A stretch of 64,000 bases of DNA from Girardia tigrina (taxonomy: Eukaryota): positions 14,382 to 78,381 of the forward strand of contig MQRK01254223.1 in the NCBI GenBank assembly GCA_001938485.1. Direction: 5' to 3'. How positions within the stretch are numbered: position 1 is the first letter of the stretch; each line of letters opens with the position of its first letter. The translations under genes were made by a program, and so were the position numbers. This document shows positions 55,701-64,000 of this stretch, one piece after another. Below the pieces are notes generated by a model. The model was not told the origin of the DNA. It searched no databases and saw only the letters and a program-made list of their open reading frames with translations.

Positions 55701-58700
55701 AGGACATCGGCAGTAAATGGATGAGTCATGGTGTGAAAGAAACTTAAAGACAGATGGTCAATGTCAACATTAACTGACATCTGTCGGACAAGACAAAAGA
55801 ATGGTACATGAAAATCAGTGGAAGTTATTTGTGTGAGAAAAAGTGTGTGTGAGCCAATGCAGGTAGCATGACGTAAAGTGTTATGATGGCAGTTGCTGTG
55901 TCTCATTTTTTCTATTGGCGAAGTGACGATTTTCCGGCTTATCATCTACCATCATCTCCACAAATGTCTACCGCACCATCTGAGGACCGCAGGAAGTGCC
56001 TCAACTACCCAGATAATTTTTGCTAAATATGCGGTAAATTCACCCTATCTGATCAACGACGATTGTTAACTCCTCCAGTATGCGAAGCTTATGTTCAATA
56101 CTTTAGCTGGAAAGTTGGAGAACAGGAGAAAAACTGGGCTCCACACGTGTGCTGTCACACATATCTGGCGGATCTGCTCAAGTGGCAAGATGGGAAATTA
56201 AAGAAGATGCATTTTGGTGCGCCAATGAAATGGCGTGAGCCCACTTCTGACTGTTACTTCTGTTTGACCAAAATCTCTGGATTCACAAAGAAGAACAAAA
56301 AATCTATCAAATATATAGACATTTCCTCCGTAACAAAGCCATAGTCACACAATAATACCTTGCCAGTGATACGGTTGCCGTAGAAAAATGCAGTACGACA
56401 GACACAAGTTCTTCTCAACAGGGAAAGTTTCTGCAGAACTGTAGTTCGAAGAAGTTGATGCCCCCCATCGCATTTCCTAAGTCGAATTAAATGATCTTGT
56501 GAGAGATTTGTCATTGGAAAAGCAGCAGGCAAAGGCACTCATATCTCGATTACAAGACTGGAACCTTCTTGCTCCAGAAACTCGTGTTTCTACCTTCCGG
56601 AATCGTCATGAAAGATTTTCCAGTGAATCGTTCCAGTAGATTTTGAGGGCAGTCAAGAAATGCAGCTGTAATAGTTGCTTTCAGCTCGTTGACATTGGCA
56701 GCTTTGTGAGCCAATATCTTTAGTTTGAGAATGCCCCACAGGGCATTATCGCAGGAGGTCAAATCAGGATTCCGTAGAGGCCAAGGCGTTGGTTTGTATT
56801 TGCAAACCCATCTGTCCTGAAAAGTCTGCTGAAGGAAGTCTCTTGTTGCGTGAGCCGTGTGAGCAGGCGCGCCATCCTGCTGGAAGTGAGATGACAGGAG
56901 AATGCCTTTACGTTGTAAAGCAGGATAAATAATTGACTTTCGCATGTCGATGTAAGACGCAGATGTAACAGATCTATATATGAAGAACGGTCCAATCAAA
57001 TGTGAAGCTGAAATAGCAGCCCAAATCATTACAGATGGTAGGTTCTGCTGCACTTGTTTCCAAAAATAAGGGTTTTCCTTGGACCTCAATTTGACCTCGA
57101 CCTTCAGCGTACACGACACATTTATCTGTGAAGAAAAGCTTACTGCGCCTTGTATTGTTGTCATATTTCGCCAAGATCTGCTGGCAACACTACACACGAG
57201 TTAAATGGTCTTCCTCATTGAGGTACTGCACCTTCGTTGGCCTCCAGCACTTGTAACCCAGATCTTCTTTTATTATGCGGTGAAGTGTCTTTGTAGGAAT
57301 ATCCAGTTCTTCAACTCGCTGCCGTATAGACAAACATAGTTTCGTTTGTAGTGACTGTTCCACATTGTCTTGCTCATCACCTCCTTCCCTGGGACGCCCA
57401 CCTCGAGGTAAATCAAGAATGGAACCTGTCTGAAATAACTTTTATTCCTATATCTGAAAAACTGTGGTATCTGAAGGCTCGCCTTCAAATTTTCCCCTAA
57501 TTTTCCTTTCATATTCTTCACTCCAGTCACAGTACTGCCATATTTGGGTACCAGAATGCAGCCATTAAACGATGTTCAAAAGAGTAAGGACTGCTATCAG
57601 TCATTTTGCAAAAGAAAATTTGAATTAATGCAATGAAGAAATCACGACGAAATAATGCATATAAACAAAGGTTTAGGGTTTACACTAAATTACTAAATTA
57701 CAATTTATTATTAATCTATTGATTTACAAGTACATAATTAATTATTCAAATTATCTAATAACATAGATTCCCATATTTAAGTCGCATTGAACTCGTAGGG
57801 ACTTATGACACATCCTGTAGAAAACGAAACTCACATATTTATACAACAAAAAGAGAGTGTCCGGGATTTGGCTATTTAAAAAAAACAGAAAATGTCAAAA
57901 ACCGTTTTTCCCAGCAAAATTTGAATTTATTTATTTTAAAAAAATTCTGATATGATGGAGAATTTTTACCGTCAGATTCGAAGTCAGTCTGGTCGATTAA
58001 CCCAGAAACACATAATGAAGTCTCATTCCCAAAAAAAAGTTGAAAATTGTTGAGCAGTGTTATCGGTTTATTGTTAATTTTATCACAAATCAATAAATAT
58101 ATTAAGAAGACACTACTGTCTTAAAAATTAAACCAGAAAAGTAGTATAAAATACAGTAAAAAACCCAATATAATTAAAATACATAATTAGAGAATTTCTT
58201 TTAAGCTTTGCAATGTGATATTATTGATAAAATATCTTTTTCTTGATTGTCATTTTATGTCTTGTTTTAATATTTCATGATTAAAATGAAGACAAATAAT
58301 GTCACACTTCAAACGGAAGGTTTGTTATACATGTAGTGTATTGAACGAGAGGAGGATGGTGGAAGAATGAGCTTTGGGAAGGAATATCCCAACAATTGAC
58401 AATAACTTACCTGGGGAAATGGATGACGATAAATGTTCACAATAAAATATTCTTTCTTTGAATATTTTGTGGAATATATAACATATATTTTAATTTTTAA
58501 AAACTATAAAAAACTTTCATTATTTTATTTATTTTCTTTAATTAAGACAAAGTGTAAATAAACAAAAGTATAAAAAATATATTATTTATGTAACTTATTT
58601 CGATAATTTTCTATTTTTTCAATAAAAATTCTGAATGAAAGAACTTTTTTTGGTTTATTGATAAAATGAATTTAAATTATAAAAAGCAATTATTGTAAGA

Positions 58701-60067
58701 AAAGTTAGATTAAATTTATATCAATAAAATTATTAAAAAGCAAAAAAATGTTTAATTATTAATCGAAAGTAAGAATAATTATAATTATGCATTAACATGC
58801 TTCGTTCTTATCAGAACATCACAAAATTGATCGTCTATTGAGAGAACAAATTTATAAAATTAAAAATATAACACCAAAAAGAGTCTGTATCAAACAGAGA
58901 ATATTTTTCAAAATTTGGATTGTATAGAAAAATTAAAAACCGTATTTATTTTAAAATACTAATATTTTAATTTATTTTTAACAAAAAACTATACTAATAT
59001 TTTTTTAAAAAAATATAATTTTATTAATTTTTATATTTAAAAACATTTTTTTAATACTGAAAAAATAAACTTTCCTAAACTATTAAACGAAATTTGTAGT
59101 AATTTAAAATCTAAAAAAGATAATCAAAATTAAATATCGTTTTAATACAAAGATAAAAGGTTATTCAAAAATGTTTCTTCGTGTTTCACAATGTTAAATC
59201 AATTAAAACAGCAAGACAATAATTAATTAATTTATTAATTACAACAAAAATATGTTTAACACTGAAAAATATTTCATTTATAAAAATCTACAAAATAACA
59301 TTAATAAGTTTTAAATTACATTTTATAATAATATTATTTTTAGAAAATTCAAAGTTAGCGAGGTAAAATTAATTAAACAAAATAAAATTATGGAAAATTA
59401 AATTTTAATTTTTTTAAATATTTGGAAATAATTTATTTGCTGAATATATAAAAAAAATTTCTGTGATTTAAAAGCTACAAAATTCAGTAACTTCTTCAAA
59501 TTCATTTCTTATATTTCTTTTTAATTGATTTTCAATAAAATAAAATTAATTTTCTTTTTTTCTGAAGCAAAATATAACAACTCATTTGCTAAAATAAAAA
59601 ATTCAATTAAAACAAAAATTGAATATATTTTATTATTTAGCTTTTTTATGAAAATATATTTTTAAAAAAATATATATTAAATTTTAAATTATTTATAAAA
59701 TTATTTATCAAACAAAAATAATAAATAATTCAAAATCATTTTTGTTATTATAAATAAAAAAAATCAAAATTTCATTTTTCATTTTTTTTAATTATTAATA
59801 AACTGCAAATGGTAATAAAATTTTTTTTACTATAAAAAGATAATAATCATATTAAATAATATTAAAGAAAATAATATTAAAATTTACATTAGTTATTTGA
59901 TGAGTCGAAATTGAAGAGAAAAGTTGTTCTAATTTATCCTGGAAAATGGGATATTTATTGATTTCCTCCTGCTTCTTTTGCAGTTCTTCTGTACTCACAA
60001 TTTGTGAAGCCACTTGTCTTATTTGATTTGTTTTACTGTACAAACTGTCCAATTTTCCTTCAATTGT
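2140..60067 (-). CDS. Large multi-exon gene (partial; continues past both ends) encoding a spectrin-repeat/coiled-coil protein, nesprin/dystrophin/spectraplakin-like
   Basis: Twelve exons with AG acceptors and GT donors, 5'->3': 60067-59888, 44388-43996, 32906-32808, 27540-27436, 17049-16717, 16669-16500, 11681-11537, 7265-6997, 5027-4760, 4602-4324, 2531-2352, 2298-2140. Phases match, including two split codons (aa|c and ta|t), giving 860 codons with no stop. The junction KWMENASRWQEFVEKLEKIQNDLQMIEQEL...KNLSGFEKKMVLLEQDGDNLSMSCNDTDADFLRDRLSDLRSRY reads as a spectrin-type three-helix repeat. The orthologue is not identifiable by eye, and small exons may have been missed. Confidence 0.8.
2352..2531 (-). 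CDS. Exon of the spectrin-repeat gene (ISDQLLERIK...FFEAKER)
   Basis: ttctag acceptor, gtttga donor, 180 nt open; followed by a 53-nt intron. Confidence 0.8.
3130..4120 (-). mobile_element. Degenerate mariner transposon
   Basis: Frameshifted motifs PGPGR..VDDEAL, VTEDEKLVMFDN, DNARPH and PFSPDIAPYDIHLF; ends approximate. Confidence 0.85.
4324..4602 (-). CDS. Exon of the spectrin-repeat gene (KVKKEALERM...LQNYQ)
   Basis: atttag acceptor, gtatga donor, 279 nt; overlaps ORF 4318..4584. Confidence 0.85.
4760..5027 (-). CDS. Exon of the spectrin-repeat gene (Ser/acidic linker ...ELEDKITEIT)
   Basis: tttcag acceptor, gtaaac donor, 268 nt; its first base completes the split codon from the previous exon. 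Confidence 0.85.
5629..5707. mobile_element. 79-bp mariner-TIR MITE (MADE1-like palindrome)
   Basis: ttaggtttatgcaaaagaaatgtcgttttt ... aaaaacgacatttcttttgcatcaacctaa, with TA on the right flank. Confidence 0.8.
6997..7265 (-). CDS. Exon of the spectrin-repeat gene (KNLSGFEKKM...)
   Basis: tttcag acceptor, gtgagt donor, 269 nt; overlaps ORF 6996..7238. Confidence 0.88.
8299..8724. repeat. Foldback palindrome / MITE of about 425 bp
   Basis: attgtagaatttcgtgatcggatc...gatccgatcacgaaattctacaat; arms pair along most of their length, including an inner caattttactgaaaatcaaaaaggtttatcaaatat pair. Confidence 0.85.
11028..11122. repeat. (AAT)n microsatellite; others near 7681-7725, 9975-10020 and 10542-10560
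   Basis: Directly visible. Confidence 0.95.
11537..11681 (-). CDS. Exon of the spectrin-repeat gene (KWMENASRWQEF...SEIK)
   Basis: ttttag acceptor, gtattt donor, 145 nt; spectrin helix-A-like W-x-x-F motif. Confidence 0.88.
13680..13744. mobile_element. Solo terminus of a hAT-type non-autonomous element
   Basis: Ends ccccctggctacgcccctg, like the terminus of the 52267-53032 element; partner end not found. Confidence 0.6.
14000..14800 (+). mobile_element. Highly degenerate mariner remnant
   Basis: IVTAD at about 14344; PYSQHIASMDFF and LKKHLKGR at about 14615-14690. Confidence 0.6.
14840..15990 (+). mobile_element. Penelope-like element remnant with inverted pLTR-like repeats (cassette 2)
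   Basis: Fragments SDVVYEYKCNGCDAT and NFDNVQILC..CESLLIR*RGPKINVQ (about 15630-15860). About 14840-15020 is inverted relative to about 15865-15990. Confidence 0.8.
15906..15950 (+). ncRNA. Minimal hammerhead ribozyme motif (best-preserved copy)
   Basis: CTGAAGA-tgac-GACGG-ttgat-CCGTC-GAAA-aatttt-gtc. Intact core boxes, perfect 5-bp stem II, palindromic aaaatttt. A 3-nt gac duplication precedes stem II. Confidence 0.65.
16500..16669 (-). CDS. Exon of the spectrin-repeat gene (DIDDKLADCS...QTHL)
   Basis: ttgtag acceptor, gtaatt donor, 170 nt; phase matches the next exon. Confidence 0.85.
16717..17049 (-). CDS. Exon of the spectrin-repeat gene (LQPSEKLRIK...ADRIQ)
   Basis: tttaaag acceptor, gtagac donor, 333 nt; followed by a 47-nt intron; lies within ORF 16687..17091. 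Confidence 0.85.
17480..18330 (+). mobile_element. Highly degenerate Tc1/mariner remnant interrupted by (TA)n
   Basis: IFTENK, FLQNNIQPYTAK and HKPSHYPN occur in DDD-domain order. Confidence 0.5.
18696..19394 (+). other. Orphan 232-codon ORF, antisense within a host intron; probably part of an unclassified dispersed element
   Basis: Longest ORF in the window and long for this base composition. TTG start, first ATG at codon 8. No recognisable domain. The 3' end resembles repeats at 37.4, 49.07 and 54.5 kb. Confidence 0.4.
22195..22280 (-). mobile_element. Possible 3' end of an RTE-like LINE
   Basis: GC-rich island reading DRMEWSRV...VACAT*, resembling the RTE C-terminal DRxxWRxxV motif. Confidence 0.35.
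22610..22782 (-). mobile_element. Solo PLE pLTR with a hammerhead-like motif (22643-22684); same family as cassette 2
   Basis: Colinear with 14845-15012. The reverse complement reads tgac-CTGAAGG-tgtcgg-attgat-ccgtc-GAAA-tatttt-gtca. Confidence 0.75.
22802..23218. mobile_element. MITE, Zator- or PIF/Harbinger-like
   Basis: taa TSD on both sides; GGGCT termini; TIR gggctcgttcaaaaaaatacataac; internal direct repeat atgaaagtgtg..tttgtgacaagggg. Confidence 0.8.
24952..24988 (-). ncRNA. Solo minimal hammerhead-like motif (PLE type)
   Basis: gat-CTGATAA-t-GAG-tgttat-CTC-GAAA-cacg-TC-gtc. Stems I and II pair; core has G8>A. Confidence 0.55.
25150..25590 (+). mobile_element. Penelope-like element remnant with inverted pLTR-like repeats (cassette 3)
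   Basis: YYERLFCESLLIRHYRNLINIQ (GIY-YIG C-terminus) at about 25280-25350. Arms about 25150-25265 and 25465-25590. Motif CTGAAGA-t-GATC..GATC-GAAA at 25508 with a mirror copy at 25185-25222. Abuts (TA)n. Confidence 0.78.
27436..27540 (-). CDS. Exon of the spectrin-repeat gene (RYWLESIGKL...LREYE)
   Basis: gttcag acceptor, gtaaat donor, 105 nt open; GC-richer than its flanks. Confidence 0.82.
32120..32350 (+). mobile_element. PLE 3' fragment with an internally deleted hammerhead motif
   Basis: NFDTNYERI resembles NFDTNFERS of cassette 4; ctgaggatga...ttttgtctataaat resembles the cassette 2 pLTR; ends at (TA)n. Confidence 0.5.
32429..32706. repeat. Near-perfect inverted repeat (arms about 105 bp, spacer about 65 bp)
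   Basis: atcatacgtctcaaaaacatgc...tgaatcaccttgcacgttta versus taaacgtgcaaggtgattca...gcatgtttttgagacgtatgat. Confidence 0.9.
32808..32906 (-). CDS. Exon of the spectrin-repeat gene (IFKEQRFYID...LDRIQ)
   Basis: ttttag acceptor, gttaga donor, 99 nt open. Confidence 0.8.
34031..35095 (+). mobile_element. Degenerate mariner with remnant TIRs
   Basis: DEKWVVYDN and QLDNATP motifs; termini taataagttggaa and ttccaacctatta. Confidence 0.85.
37411..37939 (-). repeat. Unclassified dispersed repeat, copy A (coding-like, pseudogenised)
   Basis: Colinear, clearly similar sequence at 54536-55019. Confidence 0.8.
38040..38660 (-). mobile_element. Degenerate mariner remnant
   Basis: IWVPHQLSEK (about 38515-38545) and VMFLHDNTR (about 38255-38280). 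Confidence 0.75.
39643..40607 (+). mobile_element. Internally deleted mariner with TIRs and TA TSD
   Basis: ta|ttgggttgagtaaaa ... ttttgctcaacccaa|ta; motifs ERSGRP, WIPHILSEK, VTYDEK and VYYELL. Confidence 0.92.
43540..43740 (-). mobile_element. Possible piggyBac transposase fragment
   Basis: FTKPYVPNFPSTLYGIKCL resembles the piggyBac FxQYxPxKPxKYGIK motif. Confidence 0.4.
43996..44388 (-). CDS. Exon of the spectrin-repeat gene (GHIEEEEEED...LKFKVN)
   Basis: tcatag acceptor; gtatgt donor, or an in-frame gtgaat donor 6 nt earlier; 393 nt open. Confidence 0.78.
45000..46000 (-). pseudogene. Disrupted C2H2 zinc-finger ORF, probably of mobile-element origin
   Basis: FICPKENCRKSFKNNGWIQ*YLLIDH, FHCQFPSCNR and a degenerate finger ending RHVKNVH. 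GC-richer block with stops, frameshifts and no introns. Confidence 0.55.
51685..52245 (+). mobile_element. Penelope-like element remnant with inverted pLTR-like repeats (cassette 4)
   Basis: LYIGETHRRLRNRIAKH and EVLSI*HFKPCLNIQ. Arms 51685-51815 and 52112-52245. Degenerate hammerhead ctaacga-t..ggc-GAAA-ctagtt. (TA)n lies on both sides. Confidence 0.85.
52267..53032 (-). mobile_element. Non-autonomous hAT transposon
   Basis: TIRs cagcagcgtagccagg / cctggctacgcgcctg; atatatat on both flanks (8-bp TSD inside a TA tract); hAT dimerisation-domain fragment TTADIERSFNKMKQLKT..R....EERLNGLMFLSIH. Confidence 0.92.
54141..54183 (+). repeat. 43-bp exact copy of the tRNA-Ser 3' end and trailer (54472-54514)
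   Basis: aaccctgctcgtgacgtttatttttgtattagtttgaaatgat occurs twice, 331 bp apart. Confidence 0.95.
54406..54487 (+). tRNA. trnS-UGA: tRNA-Ser, anticodon UGA (reads UCA); T-loop variant, possibly a pseudogene
   Basis: Acceptor gtcacga/tcgtgac plus G discriminator; D arm tggccgagtggttaaggc; anticodon stem ttgga-ctTGAaa-tccaa; long variable arm gggg-ttt-cccc; T arm gtagg-ttctaac-cctgc; T-rich terminator follows. Confidence 0.93.
54536..55019 (-). repeat. Unclassified dispersed repeat, copy B
   Basis: Homologous to 37411-37939; both end in tatttatct(a/g)ga(t/c)ttaaca on the + strand. Confidence 0.8.
55357..58059 (+). mobile_element. Chapaev3-type DNA transposon, internally deleted and interrupted
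   Basis: Termini cactgct...agcagtg. Transposase N-terminus from 55964: KCLNYPDNFC*ICG, WAPHVCC, FGAPMKWREP..DCYFC, LNDLVRDL, RLQDWNLL..FRNR. Flanks (cca/tta) are not a clean TSD. Confidence 0.75.
56623..57817 (-). mobile_element. DD41D (rosa/Visitor-type) Tc1/mariner nested in the Chapaev element, 3'-truncated
   Basis: VMIWAAIS..LIGPFF, then FQQDGAPAH...WPLRNPDLTSCD with 41 residues between the last two Asp; 5' end ta|caggatgtgtc. Confidence 0.88.
59888..60067 (-). CDS. Exon of the spectrin-repeat gene (TIEGKLDSLY...HQITN)
   Basis: tttcag acceptor, gtaaat donor, 180 nt; overlaps ORF 59852..60052. Confidence 0.8.
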
Positions 60068-60899
60068 CTGAAATATAAAATAAAAGAATGGATCGATTTT
60101 TTATCGGAATATTATTGTCGTAAATATCATTTTTTTATAAAAAATAATCTCAAATTCACTCAACCGAATAATTCAGTGATTTATACTATTAATAATTGAG
60201 AATGGCATCAATCATAAATTGATCGGATCCGAATATCGCAAATCAAATCTGATCATCAATTCTCACTGAATTTTTTTTCCTATAATTTTATTTTATTTTT
60301 TTTACTGATTGAAGTTTATTTATTTATATTTTTATGAGAAATGTTAGAGAAAATGTGTGAGACAGAAAGATTGCTTTTAAATATAGACAAAAAAAATTTT
60401 TTGAAAGAAAAGAATAAAATTTTGCAATTAATTTTTGGAATTGGAAAACTGTTAATAAATGTTTAAATGAATTTCGAAAAATGAAACAATGATTTAATAA
60501 AACATTTCCCGTGAGATTATTGTTTGGGAATAATAAATTGTGATGTTTTCTATTCTTTGTTTTGTTGATATTTGAGAATTAAATAATTTATTGGTTTATT
60601 ATTATTGAATTGGTTATTCTTATTTTGTCAAACAGTTGTTGAAGGAATATTTGAGGATTGTGTTTATTTTTGTACATAGTTATATACAACACTCTCTGTC
60701 GTCTCAATCCATAAATGAAGACAACACTATATTTTTTTCATTTTAACGTTTTTATTATACTTTTTAAAAACAATTTCAATAATTAACTGTAAATAATTAT
60801 ATAAATTAATATTTTCTTAAATATATACAGTCAAAAAAGTGGTAAATTTGAGAGGGTGGTAAATTATAGAGGTATAATTGGTTATGAAACATATATGGA

Positions 60900-61050
60900 A
60901 TTGTTTGGTAAAAGTGTAATTTTTATATATTTTGGTGTATATGCCAGTTGGTCAAAATTTACTAGCTAATCCGGATTCTCCACAAATAATTTTGTGATTA
61001 ATTTCATCTCGCTTTTTAAACTTATCCATCCACCCACTTGATGCCTTAAA
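60900..61050 (-). mobile_element. pogo/Tigger fragment (CENP-B-type HTH)
   Basis: KASSGWMDKFKKR followed by GESG. Confidence 0.7.
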
Positions 61051-61989
61051 ATAAAAAAAATTAAAAACAAATTAAATGTTAGTAGTCAAATTTAATATAT
61101 AAACTTCTAAGCCAGAAAAGATATATATATATAATTATATATAATTTGACCTTAAACTCTCCTCCGTATTTTAAATGTATCTTGCATTTTTATTATTAAA
61201 AGTAAAAAAATAAATATTTTACTACAAGAACGCTTATTTATTTTTTTCATCATGACCACCATTGACAGCAATACACTTCTCTACTTTATCTTCAGGTATT
61301 TATGCTGTTATTTGAGAAAATACATATTTTAAAAATTTTTGTTGGTTTTTACTATAAAAAGACCTTTCAGGAAATTTGGAACCTCCTTTGTACAATCTCA
61401 AGAAACTCGCACCACTACAAGTTGGCTTGGAAATATCTTCTTAGAGATTTCAACGTAAGAATTTAATATTTCTTTAATATATCTTTTTATTGTGTTTATC
61501 ATTTATTGAGTTTTCATCAAAAAATAACGGTCTATACAATTTTTAACTCAAAATTCTTATTCAAACGTTTCCTTTAGGACTTTATTATAATCAAAATTTC
61601 ATTAAAACAAATGAGAAAATTTACTCTTTTATAATATCTAAAATTTGCCTAACCCAGGACCACCATTTTGTTCAAAAAAATGTATTTGGGAATCGAATGT
61701 ATCAAGTAGCCAGTATTGCTGATTTATCTTCCTCAGATAGTTCTTACCAGTTTCGATATTTATTTGACAATAATTCGAAACTTTCTCTTCCTTTCTCTTG
61801 AATTGATAAACAAGGAAATGTTATTCCTTTAATAACTTCATCATGATCTGTCGATTATTTGTTATTTTAATAGTGTATTTGAATACAATGCTACTACAAA
61901 CCGGACAATCACAAATTAGTTTAGAAAATTCGTGAAATGTAATTTTAACCTCAATAAGATAACCATGGAGTCGGAACCATCACAAATTG

Positions 61990-62755
61990 CTCTATATTTA
62001 TCGTTAAAATATTTTGTTACAAAGCAAAAAAATATTGAATCACTTGAAAATGAAAATTAGAAACAAAAGCGTTTGGATTCTTGCTTTATGATTCTTTCTC
62101 GTTACTTATGATGAAGAGTGGATCAATTATGATAATCGAAAACGTTCAGTAAGCCGTTTGGACACAAATGTAGCACAAAAACACAGTCCAAAGCACAACA
62201 TTAATCACAAGAAGCTGATGGTGAGTGCATGGTTGCCGGTGGCAAGTTTAATCCATTATGACTTCATGAAACCTTGTTTGTCGATCACAGCAGGTGTCTA
62301 CTGCAACCAAATGGAAGATATGATGTGAAAACTCAAGGAAAAATAACTGTGTTTGGTAATCCGGTCGACTCTCATCCTGCTCCACGACAATTCGAAACTT
62401 CATACGGCACTTATGACCGTTGAAAAAGTACAGAAACTTTAATTGAAACTTTTGTATAATCATCCATACTCACCAGACCTAGCTCTAACTGATAACTATT
62501 TATTTTTATATTTGAACAACTTTTTGATTCCGAAAAAAAATCAATTCCGTAGGTACCGTAAAAATGGTCTTCCAGGAATTTATAGATTCTCGACTATTTA
62601 ATTTTAATTCAAATGACCTCAACAAGTTCCCGCTCAAATAGAAAAGTGTTTTGATAATACGGATACATAATTTGATCAATGATATAAATATTTGTATTGG
62701 TAAATTATCAATAAACTTTGAAAATATTACAAATTTCATACTTGCGGATCTCATA
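61990..62755 (+). mobile_element. Degenerate mariner (3' two-thirds)
   Basis: VTYDEEWINYDNRKR, LLHDN and HPYSPDLALTDNY. Confidence 0.88.
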
Positions 62756-64000
62756 TTATTACATTGTAATATTCTGATAGTGTGGGGCCTGTAAAATATT
62801 TTTATTACGGAAATTCAGTAAAATATAATTTTGTGATGAATATTGTTTTTAAGAAGATAGAGTAAAGTAAAGGAAAAGTATAAAAATTCATGTTTTAGTA
62901 CTATTGGGTTCTTGATCAAAAGATGTTGTCATTAAGACAAAACTTTATTTCTAACACAATTTAAGTTTTTCAAACAAATATTTTCGAGCAACTTTTGCAC
63001 TTTCTTCTTAAACAAACCATTATAAAAAATTGATATAAATATAAATATGGTTATTGTAATTTTTACGAATTAAAATTCTATACTTTTTTAATAAAAAATT
63101 ATAAAGTGAATTTATTAAAATTTTTTTGTCACAAAGATTTTGTTGCATCTTTTATTAAATTTCAATTTTATTGTACATTTAAATTTACCTGTTTCTCAAT
63201 TAAATTTCCCAATTCTGTACAATAGCATTTTTCATTTCGTTTTCATAATAGTTTTAAAAATTACTTTAGATTTAGTAAAATAACGTTTTGAAAATAGAAT
63301 TCAAAATCGCAATTTCGTTTAATTTAATAACTTTTAAATTACTCCTTTTTTACATAAAAAATAAAATTATATTTCCATTAATAATTACGTTTTCCAAAAT
63401 AAAATTAAAATCGCATTTTCATTTAAGTCGATTTAATTGTTTTACAATTATATTTTGATTCCAATTACAATTTCCAAAAACAAAATTATAATTTCATTTT
63501 TTAATATACTTCGATTTAATCGTGTAAAATAAAAGTTACCAAAAAATAGTTTAGTTTATTTTCATTTCGCAAATAAAATATTAATCTTTATATTACTTTT
63601 GATTTTATTTCAATTAAATATTTTCATGAAATTTGAAATTAATTTTTTTACTTTATAATAAATCTTTTAATAAACTTACTGTAAAATTTATTTTATTTCT
63701 TACATAAATTAATTTTTACATTAAATTTCTGAAAATCTTATTTTAACATATCGTTATATTTTACGGAATATAATTATTTAATTATTAATTTGATAAGATT
63801 GTAAATTCAAATTTTTTATGAACTCAACAACGCTCCCAACAAGTACATTTTAAAATGGACAGCCATGATATAAAATGATGGTACTCATTTATCGTTAAAC
63901 ATTTATGTTAATCAACCTTATTTAAATACTAACAGTTAACAATTTAAAATAGGGTATTTATAACAATACATTTAATCAAATAATATTCATTTATTTATTG

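Noticed and set aside
1-64000. CRISPR array, operon structure or non-standard genetic code
   Set aside because: There is no repeat-spacer periodicity, and all spliced exons read open in the standard code. Stops occur only in decayed elements.

Overview
Very AT-rich eukaryotic (probably invertebrate) genomic DNA, not prokaryotic. Nearly the whole window is the interior of one large minus-strand gene. I traced 12 GT-AG exons (60067 down to 2140; 2580 nt, 860 codons) that join in frame into a coiled-coil protein with spectrin-like repeats (nesprin/dystrophin/spectraplakin class). Its start and stop lie outside the window. The introns hold many decayed mobile elements: at least seven mariner remnants, a 79-bp MADE1-like MITE, a Chapaev3-type transposon with a nested DD41D Tc1/mariner, hAT and Zator/Harbinger-like MITEs, pogo and piggyBac scraps, foldback palindromes and one tRNA-Ser(UGA) gene with a duplicated 3' end. 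The most striking pattern is four short Penelope-like (PLE) cassettes, each a GIY-YIG fragment between inverted repeats that carry minimal hammerhead-ribozyme motifs, plus several solo motifs. All six hammerhead motifs on the host sense strand have core mutations, while three of five antisense copies keep an intact core. A second unexplained signal is a dispersed family of orphan coding-like sequences (about 18.7-19.4, 37.4-37.9, 54.5-55.0 and possibly 48.4-49.1 kb). All calls come from reading the sequence by eye; no database search was run.
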